Translations under genes and position numbers: made by a program
Notes under the pieces: model-generated
What the model was told of the DNA's origin: nothing
Databases searched by the model: none
Seen by the model: only the letters and a program-made list of their open reading frames with translations
Source: Candidatus Nanopelagicaceae bacterium
GTDB lineage: Bacteria; Chloroflexota; Dormibacteria; Aeolococcales; Bog-877
Direction: 5' to 3'
Assembly: GCA_035531535.1 (NCBI GenBank)
Contig: DATKSV010000099.1
Location: 340 to 64,339, forward strand
DNA length: 64,000 bases
Shown here: piece after piece, positions 46,800-54,971 of the stretch
Layout: the number at the start of each line of letters is the position of its first letter
Numbering within the stretch: position 1 is the first letter of the stretch

Positions 46800-47066
46800 T
46801 CAAGAGCCCAGGGTCTGCAGCTCGGCCTCGGTCAACTGGTGGACCCGTCCCTCCCTGGAGTCTGCGTGAGCTCGGGAGAGCAGCGCACGGTGCTCTGGGG
46901 TGTATGCCCAGGCATCCTCGCGGCGTAGCACGATCGCTGGGCGCAGGATGATCGCCTCACCATCCACTTCGACCTCAACTTCGGTCTCGCCCTCAAGGCC
47001 AAGGCGGCGGCGCACTTCGACCGGCAGGGTCAGCCGCCCCGACTCGCTCACAGATACCGTTTTCAT
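46800..47066 (-). CDS. AbrB/MazE/SpoVT-family antitoxin
   Basis: MKTVSVSESGRLTLPVEVRRRLGLEGETEVEVEVDGEAIILRP. Start taken at ATG 47066. Confidence 0.75.
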   Translation of the reverse strand: MKTVSVSESGRLTLPVEVRRRLGLEGETEVEVEVDGEAIILRPAIVLRREDAWAYTPEHRALLSRAHADSREGRVHQLTEAELQTLGS

Positions 47067-47206
47067 ACTGACAATGTACCAGATAGGCGAAACGGCAAAG
47101 CGGGGCACCTAGCGATCTCAGCCAGACGGCAACGGCACCAGAGACGCCTGCCGGCCATGTCGGGATGGTGCAGGGCCTCCGCGCACAACGATGCTAAGAT
47201 GCCAAG

Positions 47207-47437
47207 ATGACTAAAACCCGCACCACTCTCACCATCGACGAGGACGTTCTGCGTGCGGTGAGGGTGCGCGCGGCCCGCACCGGACAGGGCGACAGCGCGG
47301 TGATCGAGGCGGCCATCCGGCGCGACCTGGGCCTGGACCTCCTCGACCGGCTGTGGGCCGCCAACAGCCTCCAGGAGGGCGAGGCGATGGAACTCGCCGT
47401 CGAGGCACAACACCAAACTCGGCGCGCCAAGCGCTGA
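47207..47437 (+). CDS. vapB: Ribbon-helix-helix antitoxin (VapB-like)
   Basis: MTKTRTTLTIDEDVLRAVRVRAARTGQGDSAVIEAAIRRDL. Confidence 0.7.
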   Translation: MTKTRTTLTIDEDVLRAVRVRAARTGQGDSAVIEAAIRRDLGLDLLDRLWAANSLQEGEAMELAVEAQHQTRRAKR

Positions 47438-47440
47438 GCT

Positions 47441-47854
47441 TTGCGGGCGGTCCTCGACCCCAACGTCATCAGCTCGGCCCTGCTGGCACCGGACGGGTCG
47501 CCGGCGAAGGTCTTGCGGGCCGGGTTGGACGGTGCCTATGACCTGGTTGCCTCTCCTCTTCTCCTGGCCGAGCTGGAGCGAGCTCTTGCCTACCCCAAGA
47601 TCCGTCGCCGCATTCCCGCCAGCGATGCAACAGCGTCGGTCAGCTTGGTTGAGCGCCAAGCGCGGGTGGTCGATGACCCCACCGAGCCGCCGTTGGTTCG
47701 GTCGCCTGACCCGGGTGACGACTACCTCATCGCCCTGGCGGTGGCGGCCCGCGCCGTCCTTGTTTCGGGCGACCGCCATCTTCTCGGGCTCGACCAGACC
47801 TTGCCGATCCACTCCCCGGCCGCCTTCCTGGCGCTGCTCGGAGACGGTGCGTGA
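47441..47854 (+). CDS. PIN-domain toxin (TIGR00305-like)
   Basis: RAVLDPNVISSALLAPDGSPAKVL...PDPGDDYLIALAVAARAVLVSGDRHLL. Confidence 0.8.
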   Translation: MRAVLDPNVISSALLAPDGSPAKVLRAGLDGAYDLVASPLLLAELERALAYPKIRRRIPASDATASVSLVERQARVVDDPTEPPLVRSPDPGDDYLIALAVAARAVLVSGDRHLLGLDQTLPIHSPAAFLALLGDGA

Positions 47855-48046
47855 TCCACCTCGTGTGCGATCGCCGGCCAGTTCCCTCCGCCCCGGACCA
47901 TCGAGTGAAGATTGGCCGTGGGTCATCTACCCCGGCAGAAGCCTTGCTCGTTTATGGCCCATGTAGGCAACTGCTCTTGGATAGGGGCCCTTCGATCTAA
48001 GTCGCTGTTGTTGACATCGCAGCCGAGCGATTCTGGCCTCGCGAGG

Positions 48047-48115
48047 AGAGCGTCTGCTTCCCAAGCAGAAGGTCGCCGGTTCGAACCAGGTCTCCCGCTC
48101 CAAAGCGAACTTTCG
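48047..48115 (+). repeat. attR: 69-bp copy of the tRNA-Gly 3' portion (non-functional fragment)
   Basis: Lacks the tRNA 5' acceptor and D arm. Its single substitution (a at 48088) disrupts T-stem pairing. Confidence 0.85.
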
Positions 48116-48154
48116 GGACGTGGCCCGGTCTGCCGGCAATCGCCACCTTGGTGA

Positions 48155-48516
48155 TGGCGGCCGTCGCGCCCCAGCCAGGGTGTCCATCTCGGCGGTGGTC
48201 GGCTCCTGATCGCGAGGGGTCTGCTGGTGCTGCTGGCCGTCACCTGGGGCGCCCTGGCGGCCCTGGTGATCACCCGAGTCCCCTTAGTCACGGTGCCTTT
48301 GCTTGCTGCCATCGCGGTGGTCTCCTTCTACTTTCCCCTCCTGGCGCCCCTGCTCAAGTGGCCCGACTCGACCCTCAACATCTCGCTCTTCCACCTCGAC
48401 GGCGAGCCACTCACATCCCGCTGTACTGGAGCGGCCTCTGGATATTGGTGGCGATCGTGCTCGCCAGCCTGGGCGGCACGCTGGCGGCGATGCGGGCGCG
48501 CGAGGCGGGTCGCTGA
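48155..48516 (+). pseudogene. C-terminal fragment of an ABC-type permease, frameshifted
   Basis: ...LLVLLAVTWGALAALVITRVPLVTVPLLAAIAVVSFYFPLLAPLLKWPDSTLNISLFHLDGEPL, then in another frame HIPLYWSGLWILVAIVLASLGGTLAAMRAREAGR*. No 5' part is present. Confidence 0.35.
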
Positions 48517-48898
48517 GGTCGGCTCACCGCGGCCCGGGCGCGGCTGTGGAGCGGCTGCGCCGCAAACCACAACCAGCTTGCTCGCTGGGCCGTCGTGCCA
48601 ACACCTGTCGGGGGCTCTCGATGCCATTGCTGGCACCAGCTGCCTCGACAACTGGGCGGATCTGGGGGCGAGCTTGGCCGGGTGCGCCTGAGTTCTGGTG
48701 GCGGACGCTCGCCGCGACCGCCTAGCCGCGCCGCATCTGGAGTTCGCAGCGGCCGCCAGGATCTGCTGCCGAGCCGTACCCACATCCGCCCCGTCAGGGC
48801 CTTCGGGAGTGAGGTTCCGGGGGCGTGGCCAGTGCTTCCCCTTCAGCGGGTGCTGCGGCTGTATAGGCGCACGCATATCGGAACGACGATGAGGATGA

Positions 48899-49514
48899 TC
48901 ACGAGGGCGGGCCCGACGGGGGTGACGATCGGGTGGTCACATCCGCCGCCTGCGCCGAGCCTGCCAGTAACCCCGGATTTAGGCTCGCATCTCGCCGCGG
49001 CTGGACGGGGTCCAATCCCGTGGTGGGCTCGTCCAGGAACAGCACCTTGGGCTCCCCGATCAAGCTGGCCGCGAGGTCGAGGCGCCGCCTCATCCCGCCG
49101 GACTATCGCTTCACCAACCGGGTGCTGGCGTTGCGGAGATCGAACTGCCGGAGCCGCTCGTCCGCACGCCGGCGCACGGCGCTTGACCCCAGGTGGCAGA
49201 AGCGCCCGATGGTCTCGAGGCTCTCGGACCCAGTGAGCAGCTCATCTATGGTTGCGCTCTGGCCGGTCACGCCAATCCTGGTCCGGACCTGGTCTGCCTG
49301 GGTGGAGACGTCGAAACCTTCGCGCCATGGCGCTGCCGCCGTCAGCCCGGAGCAGGGTGGTGAGGATGCGGACGGCCGTGGCCTTGCCGGCTCCATTGCG
49401 GCCCCGGAGCGCGCGCCCGCCACCGGCTGGAACGTCGAAGCTGACATCCACCAGGGCTCGGATGGCTCCGAGCGAGCGGGAGAGCTGCTTTGCTAAGACG
49501 GCTGGGGCGGTCAC
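48899..49514 (-). pseudogene. ABC transporter ATP-binding protein (DrrA-like), frameshifted and 3'-truncated
   Basis: Pieces in three frames: Walker A region RGRNGAGKATAVRILTTLLRADGGSA; then GFDVSTQADQVRTRIGVTGQSATIDELLTGSESLE; then [29 protein letters not shown] (signature/Walker B). Homology is lost after that point. Confidence 0.7.
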
Positions 49515-50149
49515 CGCCCCGGGTTGTCGGCGTCGGTCGTCTCGTCTTCGGCCAGGATCCGGTAGAGCCCGCGCTTGGTCTCGCGCACCAGCTGGGCGGC
49601 CCTCGCCACCTGAGCCGGGTCGCCGGCGTGGACCACCTGGACCAGGGCGCCGGCCGTCTGGCGCATCAGCGCGAAGAGTTCATGGACATCGTCACCAACG
49701 GCGCCCGAGACTTTGTCCCATGGCGAACCCAACTCCTCTCGGTGCTCGCTGGTGTAGGCAACTCCCGTGTCGGTGAGGGTCAGCAGACGCTGCCCGTCAC
49801 TCTCCTCGGTCCGCACCAATCCCTCGTCCTCCAGCAGTTGCAGGGCCGGGTAAACCGAACCCGGACTTGGTCGCCAGACTCCCTTGCTCCGCTGCGCGAT
49901 CTCCTCCATGATCTGGTAGCCATTTAGGGGCTGCTCGGATAGCAAAAGTAGAATCGCCGCGCGCACGTTGCCTCTGGGGACTCTGCCGCCGCCGAAGCCG
50001 CGCCCGCGGCCGCTCCAACCGCCCCGCATGGCGTGCCGAATGTCGCCCTCGGCAAAGGGGCCTAGTTGCCAGCGGCGCCTGCCGCCCTCCCAATTGGGCG
50101 CGCCCCCCCTGTCAGATCGACCTTGCTCAAACCTGAACCCGCTCCTCAT
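49511..50149 (-). CDS. PadR-family transcriptional regulator
   Basis: NVRAAILLLLSEQPLNGYQIMEEIAQRSKGVWRPSPGSVYPALQLLEDEGLV. Its stop overlaps the ABC ATPase start. Confidence 0.85.
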   Translation of the reverse strand: MRSGFRFEQGRSDRGGAPNWEGGRRRWQLGPFAEGDIRHAMRGGWSGRGRGFGGGRVPRGNVRAAILLLLSEQPLNGYQIMEEIAQRSKGVWRPSPGSVYPALQLLEDEGLVRTEESDGQRLLTLTDTGVAYTSEHREELGSPWDKVSGAVGDDVHELFALMRQTAGALVQVVHAGDPAQVARAAQLVRETKRGLYRILAEDETTDADNPGR

Positions 50150-50167
50150 ACGCTGATCTCCTGTGTA

Positions 50168-50210
50168 GCGATATATCGCGTGTGACTAGAGTAGCACAAC
50201 GATATATCGT
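50168..50210. promoter_or_regulatory. Two 12-bp perfect palindromes (gcgatatatcgc, acgatatatcgt); probable PadR operators
   Basis: Located at 50168-50179 and 50199-50210, with centres 31 bp apart. They start 19 nt upstream of the padR start codon and are the only AT-rich tracts in the region. Confidence 0.5.
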
Positions 50211-50734
50211 TGGCAACTCCGCATCCGTCCCAACCAAGCCACGGCTGGCGAGACTCCCCATACCGCCGCTGGATCGGAAGATTGCCGCGGCGACGCCGTC
50301 TCAACCCAGGGCTGGTGAACAAGGCCCGCAGGATCGCTGCTGCCGTTGACCGTGGATGCCATTGGCAGTGGCCCCGGACCGGACTGGTGGCTCTCTCCAT
50401 GGCAACCGGCGATGGCCCTTCGTTGGCGGCGACCTCAGGTCGCGCTGCCGCCTTTGCCCGGGTGGCGGTCCTGATCGGGCTGGCAAGCTCGCGGGACTCT
50501 CGGTTCCGGCCACTGCGAGAAAGACCCACGCCCTGCGCTCTCGGGCCCCATGGCCGGTCTGGAGTCGAAACTAGCTGGGACATACCGGGTCGCATAGTTC
50601 CCCATTCGCCCGGCATCTCCTCGCCGCCGAGTCACCCGGTTACGTGGGGCCGTCCTCGCTGGCGCCGGGAGCGAGCAATCTGGGCGGTTGCGTGGTCGGG
50701 GCAGTCTTGCTTTCGGTGGGGGTGGCCCAGGTTG

Positions 50735-51982
50735 TCAGACCGGGCCCTTTGAGCCCGCCGGCGGGGCCGGGCCCGGCGCTTGGTTCGATGGCGGTCGACT
50801 TGGCTCCATCTGAGGCAGCGCCGCGACTCCTCCAGCCCTTCTGTAGGCCTGGCGCTTCCTGGTCACCTTGAGCAGCTGGTCCCGCTCCCGCGCCGGCGCC
50901 CGGTGGGGTGGGCGCAGCGGGATCATCGACGACTCCAGCTGGCCGCGACGGGTGCCCGACCAGGGACCCGGTGGCGCGTCGATCAGGCTGGCCAGCCGGT
51001 AGGCCGTGCTCTCGTAGTTGACCCGCCATCCGCGGAAGTGGGGCCAGGCGTCCTCGCCACTGCGCTCTGGCTCCCAACCCACCGCCAGGACCCTTTCCAC
51101 TGCCTCCTGGAACTCCTCGGCCGTGATCTCTATGGGATCGTCTGGCATGGGATCGGAGGGGAAGGGGATGTTGGTCACGTCGGCGATGGAGCGCAGGCAG
51201 ACAATGCCCATCCGCAGGAAGGGGCGGGCGGAGGCGGGAGCGGTGAGCGGGTTCAGAGCCAGTTGCATCGAGGCGGCATCCATGCAGGCGAGCAGGGCCA
51301 GGACCCATGAGGTGCGCGGTTCAGGCGAGCGAAAGTAGAGCAGGGTGGCGTAGCTGGTGTGGCTCTCGGCGATGTCGGCGGCCCACTGCTCCCAGTCGTG
51401 ATAGAGGTCGGTGAGGTGGTCCTGGTTGTCGATGAGCGCGTGGCGGGCCAGGATCTCCGGGCCCCATGGGGGTGACCCGCTGCTGCTGTTGAGCATCGTG
51501 ACCAGGGTCTCGCGGCGGTTGAAGGAGCTGTATAGGCTGGGAAGGTAGGCGATCTGCAGGGCCACCACGATCACTCCGGCGGCCGACTCCAAGAAGGCGA
51601 TGGCGGTCGCCAGCCCGGAGGTGGCATGGGTCAACCCGAGAGGAAGGATGGAGGATGCGCTGAGGCGCAGACAGGCGGCGAGGTCGCCTACAGACGAGCC
51701 CCAGAAAAGCAGGGTGAATCCCAGCACCAGCAAACCTATCCACACCACCAGACGGACCACCAAGAAGAGCGGCGCGCCCTGGGCCAGGATGGCATCACGG
51801 CGCAGGTAGTCTGCCCTGGTCCGGGCAAGCGTGGAGATCATCCCCAAGACCAGGCTGGCGATCAGATTGGAGAGGCGCGACGAGGTGGGGCGCGGCACGA
51901 TGACGGTCTGCACCACGCTGCCCAAGGTTCCAAGGGTGAGCACCAGACCCGCCAGCAGGCCCAGGATCCGCAGCAAGATCAC
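50735..51982 (-). CDS. Membrane protein of unknown function (N-terminal TM bundle + soluble domain)
   Basis: MILLRILGLLAGLVLTLGTLGSVV... has about 5 TM segments, then a ~200-aa soluble region. Composition is protein-like throughout. Confidence 0.65.
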   Translation of the reverse strand: MILLRILGLLAGLVLTLGTLGSVVQTVIVPRPTSSRLSNLIASLVLGMISTLARTRADYLRRDAILAQGAPLFLVVRLVVWIGLLVLGFTLLFWGSSVGDLAACLRLSASSILPLGLTHATSGLATAIAFLESAAGVIVVALQIAYLPSLYSSFNRRETLVTMLNSSSGSPPWGPEILARHALIDNQDHLTDLYHDWEQWAADIAESHTSYATLLYFRSPEPRTSWVLALLACMDAASMQLALNPLTAPASARPFLRMGIVCLRSIADVTNIPFPSDPMPDDPIEITAEEFQEAVERVLAVGWEPERSGEDAWPHFRGWRVNYESTAYRLASLIDAPPGPWSGTRRGQLESSMIPLRPPHRAPARERDQLLKVTRKRQAYRRAGGVAALPQMEPSRPPSNQAPGPAPPAGSKGPV

Positions 51983-52216
51983 CCTGCAACCTTCGCACAG
52001 ACGGAGCCCCTACGGGCCTTGCATCCGTTTCGATCTGGAACGCCCTCAGTGGCCCGCGCCGCCGCTCAGGCACGTTGCAGCGAGCACCTTTCCGGCCGGG
52101 CATCTGGCGCCAGTTGCCGGCGCTGTGACCGCCCGCGGACGGGGGCCGAGGCGCCGGTTCGACGACTGCTAGCTTGCATACTTGCGTAAGTAGAGGACTT
52201 CTGGTAACCTCCGATT

Positions 52217-52588
52217 GTGACTGAGTTGAGGGTGGCTCCGACCAGGGTGGCTCAGGTTCTCTCCGGCAGCGACCGGCTGGCGGCCTATCGTCTCCATGCG
52301 GAGCTGTGCAAGGTGCTGACGGACCCCAAGCGGCTGATGATCCTTGATGCCCTGCGTCAGGGGGAGCAGTCCGTCACCGGGCTGGCGGCGCAGTTGCAGA
52401 TCAGCCTGGCCAATGCCAGCCAGCACCTGAGCGTGCTCCGCCACGCTGGCCTGGTCGAGGTCAGGCGGGCCGGCACAACCATGCATTACCGGCTCAGCGA
52501 GCCGCGGATCACCCAGGCTTGCGACATCGTCAACGCGATCGTCGTCAGCCGCCTCGGAACCGGCTGGCGCCTGGGCGGGGAGGTTTAG
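52217..52588 (+). CDS. ArsR/SmtB-family transcriptional regulator
   Basis: LCKVLTDPKRLMILDALRQGEQSVTGLAAQLQISLANASQHLSVLRHAGLVEVRRAG. Confidence 0.85.
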   Translation: MTELRVAPTRVAQVLSGSDRLAAYRLHAELCKVLTDPKRLMILDALRQGEQSVTGLAAQLQISLANASQHLSVLRHAGLVEVRRAGTTMHYRLSEPRITQACDIVNAIVVSRLGTGWRLGGEV

Positions 52589-52656
52589 CCACCCCGCCCA
52601 GCCGGAGCGACCCCCCAGACCGCCTCACCACCCCGACGACCAAGAGGAGATACGCC

Positions 52657-52926
52657 ATGCCATCGACGCCCAATCTGGCGGCGACCAAGCCCCACAAGGT
52701 GCTGGTCTTCACCACCCCCACCTGCCCCTGGTGCCAGCGGGCCAAACTCCACCTGAAGGAGCAGAAGGTGCCCTTTCGCGAGGTGGACGTGTCGCGGGAC
52801 GCGAGCGCGGCCAGGGACCTGGTCCGACGAACCGGGCAGATGGGGGTCCCCGTGATCGAGATCGACGGCCGTCCGGTGGTCGGTTTCGACCGCAAGACGA
52901 TCGACCGCCTGCTCGGTATCAACTGA
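52657..52926 (+). CDS. Glutaredoxin-like protein (YruB/NrdH-like)
   Basis: VLVFTTPTCPWCQRAKLHLKEQKVPFREVDV...GQMGVPVIEIDG. The SD sequence aagaggaga lies before ATG 52657. Confidence 0.8.
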   Translation: MPSTPNLAATKPHKVLVFTTPTCPWCQRAKLHLKEQKVPFREVDVSRDASAARDLVRRTGQMGVPVIEIDGRPVVGFDRKTIDRLLGIN

Positions 52927-53042
52927 GTGAGAGACGGGTCCGTGCCGGTGGCGGTAGTGGAGATCTTTACTGAAAGTGTGGGCGTCGCCCCCACGGGCCT
53001 TGCCTGAATCGCGACTTGTCAACCAGAAGAGGAGTGACGTTC

Positions 53043-53327
53043 ATGAGCGATGCTGTGCAGCCACTAGGAAGCCGGGTGCTATTGCGATTGGTGGAGGAGG
53101 AGAGCGTGACCGCCAGTGGGCTGGTGCTCCCCGACACCGCCAAGGAGAAGCCGCAACGTGGAGAGGTGGTGGCGGTGGGCGACGACGAGGAGACGATCAA
53201 GGTACATCCCGGCGACCTGGTCCTCTTTCCCAAGTATTCCGGCACTGAGCTGAAGCTGGACGGCACCGACCACCTGATCCTGGACGCCACCGACCTGCTG
53301 GCGGTCATCCGCTCCCAGGCGGCCTAG
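53043..53327 (+). CDS. groES: Co-chaperonin GroES (no adjacent groEL)
   Basis: VQPLGSRVLLRLVEEESVTASGLVLPDTAKEKPQRGEVVAVG...GDLVLFPKYSGTELKLDGTDHLILDATDLLAVI. The SD sequence agaagaggag lies before ATG 53043. Confidence 0.9.
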   Translation: MSDAVQPLGSRVLLRLVEEESVTASGLVLPDTAKEKPQRGEVVAVGDDEETIKVHPGDLVLFPKYSGTELKLDGTDHLILDATDLLAVIRSQAA

Positions 53328-53702
53328 TCGCCTCTGCCCGAATCAGCCCGGGCACTAGCCGGGGCGCCGCGTGGACCGGCGCCCCGGCGGATCTGGGCGC
53401 GGACGGGAGCGCGTCTTCGGCGCCCACCTTCAGGCGCTGCTCCGGGTCCGTGCTGGGCGGGATGGCGGTGTCCCTGAGCTGGCGCCAATGGCTGCAAACG
53501 AGCCCGCCGGGTGCACACTGGCGCCAGACAGATTGGCCACCGGAGGCGCGTGTGAACTCAGGACTTCTTCGAAACAGCCTAGGCGGTGGGGACATTCCCC
53601 GCCCAGCCGCGGATCGCTTGGGCCGGCTTGGCCCAGGTGGGGCTCTGCTCCAGGTGGGGGCCGGGTCGGTCATGGACAGCGCCAACAGAGAGACCGGCGG
53701 TC

Positions 53703-54260
53703 ATGCCTGAGGAGGCCTACCGGCCCGGCTCCAAGGCGGACTTCGATCGCCTATATCAGGCGAGTTATCCCCGAATCTACGCCACGCTGGTCACCCTTCT
53801 CAGAGACCGGGAGGCGGCCGAGGACTGCGCCCAGGAGGCCTATCTGCGCGCCTTCCGGGCCTGGAAAGGCTGGAAGCGCGACGCTCCGGCTGAGGCCTGG
53901 GTGCATCGGATCGCCCTCAACGTCGCGTTCTCCCACGGCCGCCGCGAGCGGCTGCGCGAGGTGGGGGAGTTGGTCCGCCGTCTGGGCCGTCCGGACCCGC
54001 CTCCCGACCCCGCCGCCGAGGTGGGCTCGCCGCTGCTGGCGGCGCTCAGGCAGTTGCCGCCCAAGCAGGCCGCAGTGGTCGTGCTGCGCCATCTGCACGG
54101 CTACAGCAATCGCGAAATCGCAATCTCGATGGGCATCCCAGAGGCCACCGTGGCGTCCCGCCTGGGCAAGGCCAAGGCCAGGCTGCGCGCCCTGCTGGAT
54201 CAGCCCAGCCCAACCGTAATGGTTACTTTGGGCGAGGCAGGCGTCCCTTCTGCAGAGTAA
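53703..54260 (+). CDS. ECF-type RNA polymerase sigma factor
   Basis: FDRLYQASYPRIYATLVTLLRDREAAEDCAQEAYLRAFRAW... and QAAVVVLRHLHGYSNREIAISMGIPEATVASRLGKAKARL. Confidence 0.85.
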   Translation: MPEEAYRPGSKADFDRLYQASYPRIYATLVTLLRDREAAEDCAQEAYLRAFRAWKGWKRDAPAEAWVHRIALNVAFSHGRRERLREVGELVRRLGRPDPPPDPAAEVGSPLLAALRQLPPKQAAVVVLRHLHGYSNREIAISMGIPEATVASRLGKAKARLRALLDQPSPTVMVTLGEAGVPSAE

Positions 54261-54264
54261 GCCA

Positions 54265-54828
54265 ATGGGAAGTAGCAACGGATTCGACCTTGACCGGATG
54301 CTGGAGCAGGAACTCAGGCAGAACGCCGCCGAGCATCATGCTCCCACCCCGCTGTCGCACGGGTCGCGATACCACGCCGCTTCCCTCGCAGGAGGAGCCC
54401 ACATGTCGTTCTTGCCCCAATTCGTCGCCGCTCTGTCCACCAAAGCCGCAATCGGGCTGGCCACCGCCGGTCTGGTCCTGGGGGGTGGGACCGCTGCCAC
54501 CATAGCGACCAGGACGGCCAATCCGGTGACCTGGGGCCAAGACGTGGTCAATACGCTAAAGGAGTGCAAGACCTCGCTCCCTTCGGGAGACCGGAACGTG
54601 GGCCAGTGCGTGAGCGCGTTCGCCAAGACCCACGGCGCCACGGAGCGTGCCAAGCACTCCCAAGCCGCCTCCGCCGGCGGCACGGGCATCGGCAGGCCGA
54701 CCTCGCCGGGGTCGCAGAAGGCTGGGCACGCCAGCGGCAAGCCCGCATCCCTTCCCGCCGAGGCGACGGCTCCGCACCCCAGCGGCCGGCCGCAGGGACT
54801 TCCGTCCGGGCACTCCAGCAAGCCATAA
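54265..54828 (+). CDS. Single-pass membrane protein, putative anti-sigma factor
   Basis: Starts 4 nt after the sigma-factor stop. TM segment AAIGLATAGLVLGGGTAATIA. Low-complexity C-terminus. Confidence 0.5.
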   Translation: MGSSNGFDLDRMLEQELRQNAAEHHAPTPLSHGSRYHAASLAGGAHMSFLPQFVAALSTKAAIGLATAGLVLGGGTAATIATRTANPVTWGQDVVNTLKECKTSLPSGDRNVGQCVSAFAKTHGATERAKHSQAASAGGTGIGRPTSPGSQKAGHASGKPASLPAEATAPHPSGRPQGLPSGHSSKP

Positions 54829-54971
54829 GCCAAGGTGCGGGCGCGCCGAGCCCTCAGTGTCGGCGCGCCCGCACCCCACGCCACGACCGCCCGCGGCTGC
54901 TGAGTGCCCTGGGAGTTTGAATCGAGCGCCGATGCTGCACTCTCGTTAGGCTGCAGAAGAGCTGGGACGGG

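Larger units (their letters stand above)
40255..48115. mobile_element. Integrative genomic island (~7.8 kb) inserted in tRNA-Gly(CCC); degraded, AICE/ICE-like ancestry
   Basis: Shows tRNA-proximal integrase, 69-bp att-like direct repeats, FtsK/SpoIIIE-like and Rep-like remnants, TA modules, and a lower-GC tract next to attL. Confidence 0.75.

Noticed and set aside
48047-48115. A second tRNA-Gly gene.
   Set aside because: Only the 3' portion (anticodon arm to the 3' end) is present. There is no 5' acceptor strand or D arm, and the T stem is mismatched. It is interpreted as attR.
40255-48115. A prophage.
   Set aside because: There are no capsid, terminase, portal, tail or lysis genes. At 7.8 kb with FtsK/Rep-like remnants, the element fits a degraded integrative (conjugative) element instead.
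52930-53042. A CIRCE (HrcA) or HAIR (HspR) operator upstream of groES.
   Set aside because: Neither TTAGCACTC-N9-GAGTGCTAA nor CTTGAGT-N7-ACTCAAG, nor close variants, are present in the 113-bp upstream region.
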